Positions 1 to 6,960 of a DNA stretch of 27,296 nt are shown here, in pieces (position 1 is the stretch's first letter; each line of letters begins with the position of its first letter). This stretch comes from a virus (lineage: Duplodnaviria > Caudoviricetes). The notes under the pieces were generated by a model that worked only from the letters and a program-made list of their open reading frames with translations, had not been told where the DNA came from and ran no database searches. The DNA lies in the IMG/VR virus record IMGVR_UViG_3300035216_000549, positions 1 to 27,296 of that record. One strand, written 5' to 3'. The position numbers and the translations under genes are program-made.

Positions 1-15
1 GACCCCCTTTTTTTA
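1..15 (+). terminator. Possible 3' half of an intrinsic terminator (C-rich arm plus T run) where gp53 meets an unseen convergent gene
   Basis: GACCCCC followed by a T run at the window edge, abutting the gp53 stop codon. The 5' arm would lie outside the window. Confidence 0.35.
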
Positions 16-789
16 TACCTTTTCTGAAATTCTATATCCTTCGTCAGTTATTTTATATTGTGTATCGTAAGCTAATAAAGATTCAATCTCAGATTCCATA
101 AGTTTAGCAGCAGATTTAGTTGGAAGATAAATTATTCTTTTTAATTCATTTAATTCATATTCATATTCTCTATTTGTAATCTTTGTTAAGTTTTGTGCTG
201 CGGTAATAGTTTTATTAATTATTGATGATTCAATAATCATATTTGCTTTAGGATTAGGATCGCCGTTTGATAATTTCTTTGGTTCATATTCTGCTTTATG
301 TAAATATGTGAAAGACCATGAATTATATTCATTTGATTCTGCATTAAAGATTTTAGGATAGTAATTACTTGTATTTTGTTCAGTAGAGTTAGTAAATAAT
401 TCAACTACAACACCACCTTCTAAAACAATATTTCCATAACTATCTTTTATCTCATTGGTTTCCCAGTGTCTTGGTTTATCTATTTCAGTTCCATATTTTG
501 CAAGTATATAATTATCTAATTCATCACTATCCACAGGCCATTCTGTATTCATGTTTGTTATATTGTTCAATAATAAAATTGTCCAAAAAAATCTTGGATC
601 ATTATAAGCTTTAAATGAAAGTGAATCAGGTCTTTCTCCGGGTAGAATTGTGTACTCTTTAGCTGAAGAATATACTGCATTAAAACTATCTCTTGCTCTT
701 ACTCTGCGAAATAAATTTTTAGATAGTTTAACTTTACCAGATACTTTAAAGTCTGGATATAGAAAATTTGGTGTAGATTCAAATAACAT
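13..789 (-). CDS. gp53: T4-like baseplate wedge subunit gp53 (LysM-like)
   Basis: 258 aa. Motif YTILPGERPDSLSFKAYNDPRFFWTILLLNNI...EWP...LDNYILAKYG and C-terminal TNREYEYELNELKRIIYLP are typical of T4-like gp53. Start overlaps the gp48 stop (TAATG). Confidence 0.9.
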   Translation of the reverse strand: MLFESTPNFLYPDFKVSGKVKLSKNLFRRVRARDSFNAVYSSAKEYTILPGERPDSLSFKAYNDPRFFWTILLLNNITNMNTEWPVDSDELDNYILAKYGTEIDKPRHWETNEIKDSYGNIVLEGGVVVELFTNSTEQNTSNYYPKIFNAESNEYNSWSFTYLHKAEYEPKKLSNGDPNPKANMIIESSIINKTITAAQNLTKITNREYEYELNELKRIIYLPTKSAAKLMESEIESLLAYDTQYKITDEGYRISEKV

Positions 790-1805
790 TAGAAACCTCT
801 ATTGAAAACATCTTCATTTGTAATAATAGACATTTCACCAAATGACATTGTTAGGTTGTATGCAATTGGTTGAGGTTTTCCATCCATCATTCTAGTGGCC
901 CATACACCATCTGGTGTATATTGTACTGAAATATTTTTACATACACATTGTTTTAATTTTGGTAGAGATTCTATGTCATTACCCATATACTTCCATTTTA
1001 AGTTAAAAATATTTGGTACAGTTAACCACCTTTCTGTGTCTTGGTCACCCTCTGCTCCTAGGGATACTCCATCTTTAGTTTGTAAATCTGGAGAAAGTAT
1101 ATCGGCTAAACCTGGACCTAGTTGCTGATCTCTAAGAAAACTATTAGAGAATCCTGGCATTACATTTGAACGTAGCACTTTTATTATTCTTTTAATTGAT
1201 CTTTGTTCTCTTTCATTCCTAGGAACAAGTTTCCAATTAAAATCAAACTGTCTCAATCCAACACCCTGGAATACTTGCTGCATATATGGGTTAGCAATTT
1301 TACCAGCAACATTTTGAGCTAAAGCATTTGGATCAACACCAATTTTATTCAACATGTTTTTAATTACACCCGCCTTGATTGCGCTAGCAGCTAGTTGTAT
1401 TGCCTCCGTTGCATTGTCAGAGTCGCCACCGATAGCATTGTTAATTGCCTCAGCACCAAACCTTCCTATTGCTCCAACTGATTGATCGGACCATTGTGGA
1501 CCATCTGTATAAGAAATATTGTCTGGTATTGGTAGTAATATTTTACCTAATGATGATGTAGTAGTTGTTTTACTATTAAAATATTCTTTTGATGGAGTGC
1601 CTGCTGTAGATGATTCACCACTAGATGTCTCTTGTGGCGCAACATTATCTTGAACTTGTTTGCTGGGTCTAAGTTTTCTTATACTTCTTTCTTCAAATTG
1701 TAACATCTCCATTTCTAGATAGTCAAATTTTTCAGATATATTAGCTGGCCAATATAAATCACCGCCGCTGACATTATTTTTATAATTTTTACTTACTGCG
1801 GTCAT
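789..1805 (-). CDS. gp48: T4-like baseplate tail-tube cap gp48
   Basis: 338 aa. Motifs ILLPIPDNISY, NPYMQQVFQGVGLRQFDFNWKLVPRN, LTVPNIF and KLKQCVCKNISVQYTPDG. Adjacent to gp53 as in marine T4-like phages. Confidence 0.88.
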   Translation of the reverse strand: MTAVSKNYKNNVSGGDLYWPANISEKFDYLEMEMLQFEERSIRKLRPSKQVQDNVAPQETSSGESSTAGTPSKEYFNSKTTTTSSLGKILLPIPDNISYTDGPQWSDQSVGAIGRFGAEAINNAIGGDSDNATEAIQLAASAIKAGVIKNMLNKIGVDPNALAQNVAGKIANPYMQQVFQGVGLRQFDFNWKLVPRNEREQRSIKRIIKVLRSNVMPGFSNSFLRDQQLGPGLADILSPDLQTKDGVSLGAEGDQDTERWLTVPNIFNLKWKYMGNDIESLPKLKQCVCKNISVQYTPDGVWATRMMDGKPQPIAYNLTMSFGEMSIITNEDVFNRGF

Positions 1806-1810
1806 AAATA
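1803..1810 (+). promoter_or_regulatory. Candidate T4-type late promoter (CATAAATA) for gp4-gp2-gp54
   Basis: Matches NATAAATA, ends 27 nt before the gp4 ATG, and overlaps the gp48 start codon on the opposite strand. Confidence 0.6.
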
Positions 1811-1837
1811 TTTCTATGATTATCCCTATAGCTATAT

Positions 1838-2275
1838 ATGAACACTTTGAAGGGAAAATACATTCCCAAAAATCCTGCTAAGTATAGAGGTGATTACCGT
1901 AATGTTATTTATAGATCTTCATGGGAATTAAAATTCATGAAGTACTGTGATGGTAATCCTAGTATACTTGAGTGGGGTAGTGAAGAGATTGTAATACCTT
2001 ACAGATCTCCGCTTGATAATAAAGTTCATAGATATTTTGTTGACTTTCATATAAAAGTCAAAGACATGAATGGAAACATTCAAAAGTATTTGATTGAAGT
2101 TAAACCAAAGAAACAGACTAGAGAACCTAAGGTTCAACAGAGGATGACTAAAAAATATATCTATGAAGTTACTGAGTATGCCAAAAACCAAGCTAAATGG
2201 ACAGCGGCAAAAGAGTTTTGTGATGATAGGAATTATAAATTTATGTTAATCACAGAAGACGAACTCAAAGTATGA
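1838..2275 (+). CDS. gp4: Head completion protein gp4 (PD-(D/E)xK, TnsA-N-like nuclease fold)
   Basis: 145 aa. Motifs GKYIPKNPAKYRGD, IYRSSWELKFMKYCD, EWGSEEIVIPYRSPLDNKVHRYFVDF, LIEVKP, NQAKW and FMLITEDEL. Confidence 0.93.
   Translation: MNTLKGKYIPKNPAKYRGDYRNVIYRSSWELKFMKYCDGNPSILEWGSEEIVIPYRSPLDNKVHRYFVDFHIKVKDMNGNIQKYLIEVKPKKQTREPKVQQRMTKKYIYEVTEYAKNQAKWTAAKEFCDDRNYKFMLITEDELKV
1906..1913 (-). promoter_or_regulatory. Candidate late promoter (TATAAATA on the minus strand) for gp48-gp53
   Basis: Plus strand reads TATTTATA, an exact reverse complement, about 100 nt upstream of the gp48 start. It lies in gp4 codons V-I-Y-R, so it may be coincidental. Confidence 0.4.
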
Positions 2276-2778
2276 GTATCTTTCAAGAGATAAGAGAACT
2301 AGCTGGTAACGAACCAAGATCATATTCTTGGTATCGTGATGCAGTAAGAATGAAATTTCAATCAGGTGATCTGTATTCAGATATGTCTGAGATGGAGGAG
2401 TCTATGATACCGACTCCGGGTGAACTTTATATGTTTGAATACAAGGCAACATATGCTGCAAAGTTGAAATTCTATGATGAGTTTCCACTTGTATATGTTC
2501 TGAGTACAGGTACAAAATTTTTTGGTGCCAACTTACATTATTTAAGACATAGATCTAGGATGAATATAATATTAGGATTAGAAAATGGTAGAGCTAGGTT
2601 CCCCAAACAATGTTATCATCATTATGTTGTAGCGGGACTAGAAACACCTCTTTATAAAATAAATAGAGAAGATTATAAAACATCTATCTTCCTTCCTATT
2701 GAAAGTTTTGTCACTAGAAAGAATAATATGTATCAACAATATAGTAAATCAGCAGTCTGGGGAGAAACTTCACAATGA
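2272..2778 (+). CDS. gp2: DNA end protector protein gp2-like
   Basis: 168 aa. Motifs PGELYMFEYKA, LKFYDEFPLVYVL, FFGANLHYL and FLPIESF...VW. ATGA overlap with gp4. Confidence 0.82.
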   Translation: MSIFQEIRELAGNEPRSYSWYRDAVRMKFQSGDLYSDMSEMEESMIPTPGELYMFEYKATYAAKLKFYDEFPLVYVLSTGTKFFGANLHYLRHRSRMNIILGLENGRARFPKQCYHHYVVAGLETPLYKINREDYKTSIFLPIESFVTRKNNMYQQYSKSAVWGETSQ

Positions 2779-3629
2779 GTAGAATATTTGGCGTAACGCC
2801 GATGTCGAACTATGCGACATTTAAAGAACAATTTAAAAGGTCTGGTTATAGTGCTAATAACTTCTATGATGTTATTATCGAACTAGATAGTAATCCAAAA
2901 CTATTGAGACAACTCTCAAGAGATGAAGAATTTGATTTGCAACCATCAAAGAATTTACTTAGATTATATACTGATGAAGCTAGTATTCCTGGACTTCAAA
3001 TTTCCACAGGTGATTATAGAATTACTAACACACCAAATTTAAAGTATGCTTATGGTGCAGTGTTTAGCGAAATGCAACTTTCTTTTATGATGGATGCAGA
3101 CTCTAGAATTAAAAGTATATTTGATCTGTGGACTAATTGGATATATGGTTATGCAGATCAAGTTACAAGATTTCCTAATCAAATTGAAAATATTTTTAGA
3201 ACCCCAGCACCACAACAAAATTTTAGAGCAGCATATAGGGATGACTATACAGTTGATATATTGATCGTGAAGTATGAAAAATATATGAACGGTAAGAAAA
3301 ATAGTATGAACCCAAATAATAAATCTCTTTCAATTCCGTTACGTGAAATAATACCAGATAGTCCAACTGAAAGAGGTATAAGTGGCACTGGATTCTATAG
3401 ATCAATACCAGTACATGCTGTGAAGTTATTTAATGCTTTCCCAAGTAATATTTCTTCTATGAGTCTTAGTAGAGAAGAAACATCTATATCAAAATTATCA
3501 GTTGGTTTTGAATATGAAACTTATACAACTACAACATTTAATGATAACTCTACAATAAATTTCAGAGATCCTATAAATGGTGGCGGGGAATTAGATATTA
3601 TAGATACCTTATTAGGAATTCTTTCATAA
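2775..3629 (+). CDS. gp54: Tail-tube-fold baseplate protein (gp54 / gp19-like tube initiator)
   Basis: 284 aa. Motifs EASIPGLQI, YGAVFSEMQLSFMMD...KSIFDLWTNWI, YRDDY, VKLFNAFPSNISSMSLS and KLSVGFEYE follow the gp19/gp54 pattern. ATGA overlap with gp2. Confidence 0.72.
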   Translation: MSRIFGVTPMSNYATFKEQFKRSGYSANNFYDVIIELDSNPKLLRQLSRDEEFDLQPSKNLLRLYTDEASIPGLQISTGDYRITNTPNLKYAYGAVFSEMQLSFMMDADSRIKSIFDLWTNWIYGYADQVTRFPNQIENIFRTPAPQQNFRAAYRDDYTVDILIVKYEKYMNGKKNSMNPNNKSLSIPLREIIPDSPTERGISGTGFYRSIPVHAVKLFNAFPSNISSMSLSREETSISKLSVGFEYETYTTTTFNDNSTINFRDPINGGGELDIIDTLLGILS

Positions 3630-3635
3630 CTAGTG

Positions 3636-3643
3636 TATAAATA
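3636..3643 (+). promoter_or_regulatory. T4-type late promoter TATAAATA
   Basis: Exact consensus in the intergenic gap, ending 25 nt before the gp26 ATG. Confidence 0.85.
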
Positions 3644-3668
3644 CTTCAGATAGTATTCTACATTATTA

Positions 3669-4385
3669 ATGGCTTTACCAAAACTTTCTACCCCAACATA
3701 TGAGTTGGAAATTCCATCTACTAAAAAGAAGATTAAATATAGACCTTTCCTAGTCAAAGAAGAAAAAATTCTTTTACTTGCTATGGAGACTGAAGATGAG
3801 AAACAGATGGCAAATGCAGTCAAAACTATTTTGACTAACTGCATTCAAACTCCAAGATTTAAAATTGATGATCTTGCTTTATTTGATATTGAATATATCT
3901 TTTTGAATATTAGGGGGAAATCAGTTGGAGAATCTGTAGATTTACAAGTCACATGTCCAGATGACAATGAAACTACAGTTGGTATAACTATCGATTTAGA
4001 TGATATTAATGTTAGTAAGAGTGATGATCACACAAATATCTTAAAGATGGATGATACTATATCAGTTGTGATGAAGTATCCAAGTATGGATTTATTCATT
4101 AAAAATAATATGTCTGATGATGCATCTGAAGTTGATGATATTTTTGAAATTGCATCTATGTGTATACATCAAATTGTAGATGGTGAAGAAGTGTATGAAG
4201 CTTCAAATTCTTCTAAGAAAGAAATTAATGAATTTTTAGAAGGTATGGATACCCAACAATTCTTGAAGGTTCAGAGTTTCTTTGAGACTATGCCAAAATT
4301 ATCACATACGGTTTCAGTCACCAATCCAAATACTAAAGTAAAAAGTGATGTAGTAATTGAGGGACTAGCAAGTTTTTTCTCATAG
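3669..4385 (+). CDS. gp26: Baseplate hub assembly protein gp26
   Basis: 238 aa. Motifs MALPKLSTPTYELEIPS, YRPFLVKEEKILLLA, FDIEYIFLNIRGKSVGE, VTCPDD, FFETMPKL and the ending IEGLASFF. Confidence 0.93.
   Translation: MALPKLSTPTYELEIPSTKKKIKYRPFLVKEEKILLLAMETEDEKQMANAVKTILTNCIQTPRFKIDDLALFDIEYIFLNIRGKSVGESVDLQVTCPDDNETTVGITIDLDDINVSKSDDHTNILKMDDTISVVMKYPSMDLFIKNNMSDDASEVDDIFEIASMCIHQIVDGEEVYEASNSSKKEINEFLEGMDTQQFLKVQSFFETMPKLSHTVSVTNPNTKVKSDVVIEGLASFFS
4373..4379 (+). promoter_or_regulatory. Putative -1 ribosomal slippery site T TTT TTC
   Basis: X XXY YYZ heptamer correctly phased in the gp26 frame (agT TTT TTC tca TAG), one sense codon before the stop. GAGGG at 4359-4363 ends 9 nt upstream. 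Confidence 0.65.
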
Positions 4386-4564
4386 CCCTATCTCATGAAA
4401 GTCTTGAAAATTTCTACAAGGTTAATTTTTCATTGATGCAACACCATAAATATAGTTTAACTGAATTGGATAATATGATTCCCTGGGAAAGGGAAATTTA
4501 TGTAACTATGTTAGTGGAATATATTAAAGAAGAAAACGAACGTCAAAAGAAACAACAGAGTTAA
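4379..4564 (+). CDS. gp51: gp51-like baseplate hub assembly segment, probably expressed as a -1 frameshift extension of gp26 (first in-frame ATG is at 4436)
   Basis: Absent from the ORF track. The -1 frame reads LIALSHESLENFYKVNFSLMQHHKYSLTELDNMIPWEREIYVTMLVEYIKEENERQKKQQS*, the short cyanophage gp51-like family (MQHHKYSL..L.NMIPWER.IY). The frame is closed upstream by TGA at 4358-4360. Confidence 0.85.
   Translation, partial: LIALSHESLENFYKVNFSLMQHHKYSLTELDNMIPWEREIYVTMLVEYIKEENERQKKQQS
4445..4452 (+). promoter_or_regulatory. Candidate late promoter CATAAATA inside the gp51-like frame
   Basis: Matches NATAAATA about 115 nt upstream of the 4566 ORF and coincides with codons H-K-Y. Confidence 0.4.
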
Positions 4565-4565
4565 T

Positions 4566-6956
4566 ATGCCCGCACCAGCAGCTGCAGCAATAATACCCTT
4601 AATCAAAGGACTCTTAGCATCAAGTGCTAAGGGAGTCGTTGCTGGAGCAGGCCGCAGTGCTTTGATGACGGGTGTTAAAGCGGGAGCTAAGGGCGGATTA
4701 AGTCAAGGAATTAAATCAGGAGTAAGACAAGGCGCAAGAAACACCATGCGAGGTGGTGTAATGGGAGATGGTCGTAAAGACAATCGTAGTGATGGATTAG
4801 TTAAACAAACAAATGACTCTGCTATTACTAGATCTGAGAATGGTGGTCTTGCTGTACAAGGTAGAACTATTAAAGAGGGCGGATATACTGCATCAGCAGG
4901 TCCAAAAAGTAAAAAATCTTTAGCGATTGTAAAAACTGGTCCAGCAAAAGATAACATATTAGGTTTACTGGAACAAATAAAGAAAACTGCAGATAATATT
5001 TTTGAGATTGAAGTAAAAGAATTAGATAATGATAATAAAGAATATAAAGATACTAAAAAAGAAAAAGAAAAGGAAAGAAAATTATTAGAAGCTGAAAAAA
5101 GAGATGAGGAAGAGGAAGATCAGGAAGCTAAAAAAGCAAAGAAAGGAAAAAGAAAATCAAATCCTGTAGTAAAAGCTGCAAAGAACGGCATTGGTAATAT
5201 ATTTAAATTTTTAATTGATCTCTTTAAAGATTTTGTTGTAATAAAAGTTCTGGATTGGATCGCAAATCCAAAAAATAAAGAGAAGGTACATCAATTAGTT
5301 AAGTTCATTGGAATGATACCAAAGATTTTTTCATTCTTGTGGGATCATTTTATTGGACCTTGGTCTAAGTTTGCAATGTCTTTGTTCGGAGGACAATTTA
5401 AAATACTAGGAGCTTTCTTTAATGTAATTAAAGATCTTCTTACACTCAAATGGTTGACGAATCCAGGCGAGTTCATGAATACATTATTAGAAATTCCTAA
5501 AACTTTACTGAGTATAATACCAGGAATTCTTGGGTCGTTATTAAACGCAATGACTTTCGGAGTGATCGGAAAGATTGGTGACTTAGTATCAGGATTATTT
5601 AATAGTCCATTGAAAGGAATTGATTTTGGTAACGTTGGTAGTCTTCTTGGAAATGCTGCAAATTTTGTCAAAGGATTGCTTGGTAATGCTTGGGGTGGTA
5701 TTTCTGGTTTCTTTGGTGGTTTGTTTGGTCACGGTGTGGAACCAGATCCACCAAAGAAACCAGAACCAGAAACATCTCAGACACCTTCCCCACCCGCGCC
5801 TTCCCCACCCGCGCCTTCCCCTACAACTACTACACTTGGAGCATCTGGTGCTACTAGTAAACAACCAACTGTAGGAGCTAAAAAAGCAAAGACCTCAATT
5901 AAATCTTTAGATGCATCTCAGAAAAAGTTTGATAAGATGGTTGGTAACCAGGGAACTGGTGAGACGATTAAATTTAAAAATGTTGGTAGTTTTGTAAGCG
6001 GGAAAAATTTCTTTGGTCAAGGTGAAGATAAGTATTTTGATCCTGAAGGAAATCCTCTCCAAAAAGAAGAATTTATGGCTACAATTTCCTCACAGAGGAA
6101 AAGATTTACCAAACTATCGGGGGATACAGAAACTGTTCCTGTAAAAACTGAAACAGATGGAAGTATGAGTGATCTTGCAGGAATGCAAAGGTCTATTAAT
6201 GATGAGGAACGGGCCCTCGCTGGCGCTCGCGGCGGTGGTGGTAATCCATATGGTATGGAAGTAACTTCAACGATGGGAAATAGGTCACTTACTTTATCTC
6301 CTGGTTTACATATGGGAATTGATATTAGTAATGGTAAATCTGGAGCACCACTTCAAGCGTTTACTGATGCAACTATTACTGGTGTTGGTGTTGATTCTGG
6401 TTATGGTAACTGGGTTGCATGGACAGACACTACTGGTTTAGAAAACTTCTATGCTCATATGAAAGCACCATCTCCATATAAAAATGGAGATAAAGTAAAG
6501 GCGGGAACTAAAATTGGTATTGTGGGGGATACTGGAAGAGGGACAGGACCACATTTACATTGGGAAGTTTCTGCAAAACCAGGTGACACTGGTATGCCAA
6601 AGTCATCAGTTCGTTCTAGAATTAATCCTCTAACAAAGTATGCTCATACTGCACCATTTGGTGGATCAACAGCACCAGTTGAAGGGTCATCAACACCACC
6701 ACCCCCGCCGAAACTTCCACCGCCTCCTGGATCTACTCCTCCAAATTTGGGATCAACTTCACCAAGAACAGGATCTAATTTAGGTTCTGCACAACAGGAG
6801 AGTAGATCCTTATCTTCACCATCAACTCAACAAAAAACCCCTACTGTTATTAACAATTCATCATCTACTCAGTCTGTATCAGAAAACAGTGAAGGATTTT
6901 CTGGTAGTATACTTCCTACTTCTGGGCTATGGTCAATTTACAGTTATCAGTTATAA
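4566..6956 (+). CDS. Tape-measure-like virion protein with C-terminal M23 metallopeptidase domain
   Basis: 796 aa. Charged coiled coil, a long Gly/hydrophobic amphipathic region, a Pro-rich linker, then M23 motifs HMGIDI (about 6309), YAHM and GTGPHLHWEV (HLH at about 6552). Confidence 0.8.
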   Translation: MPAPAAAAIIPLIKGLLASSAKGVVAGAGRSALMTGVKAGAKGGLSQGIKSGVRQGARNTMRGGVMGDGRKDNRSDGLVKQTNDSAITRSENGGLAVQGRTIKEGGYTASAGPKSKKSLAIVKTGPAKDNILGLLEQIKKTADNIFEIEVKELDNDNKEYKDTKKEKEKERKLLEAEKRDEEEEDQEAKKAKKGKRKSNPVVKAAKNGIGNIFKFLIDLFKDFVVIKVLDWIANPKNKEKVHQLVKFIGMIPKIFSFLWDHFIGPWSKFAMSLFGGQFKILGAFFNVIKDLLTLKWLTNPGEFMNTLLEIPKTLLSIIPGILGSLLNAMTFGVIGKIGDLVSGLFNSPLKGIDFGNVGSLLGNAANFVKGLLGNAWGGISGFFGGLFGHGVEPDPPKKPEPETSQTPSPPAPSPPAPSPTTTTLGASGATSKQPTVGAKKAKTSIKSLDASQKKFDKMVGNQGTGETIKFKNVGSFVSGKNFFGQGEDKYFDPEGNPLQKEEFMATISSQRKRFTKLSGDTETVPVKTETDGSMSDLAGMQRSINDEERALAGARGGGGNPYGMEVTSTMGNRSLTLSPGLHMGIDISNGKSGAPLQAFTDATITGVGVDSGYGNWVAWTDTTGLENFYAHMKAPSPYKNGDKVKAGTKIGIVGDTGRGTGPHLHWEVSAKPGDTGMPKSSVRSRINPLTKYAHTAPFGGSTAPVEGSSTPPPPPKLPPPPGSTPPNLGSTSPRTGSNLGSAQQESRSLSSPSTQQKTPTVINNSSSTQSVSENSEGFSGSILPTSGLWSIYSYQL
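5784..5821 (+). repeat. 15-bp tandem repeat (CCTTCCCCACCCGCG, about 2.5 copies) encoding PSPPA repeats
   Basis: Exact copies at 5784-5798 and 5799-5813, plus a partial copy at 5814-5821. Confidence 0.95.
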
Positions 6957-6960
6957 GTAA

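Noticed and set aside
1838-2275. TnsA-like nuclease suggesting a Tn7-type element or homing endonuclease
   Set aside because: Sequence and context match core T4-like gp4. No transposon ends or partner genes are present.
4436-4564. Stand-alone 42-aa gp51 starting at ATG 4436
   Set aside because: Not excluded, but disfavoured: no clear RBS, and plausible coding sequence extends back to the slippery site.
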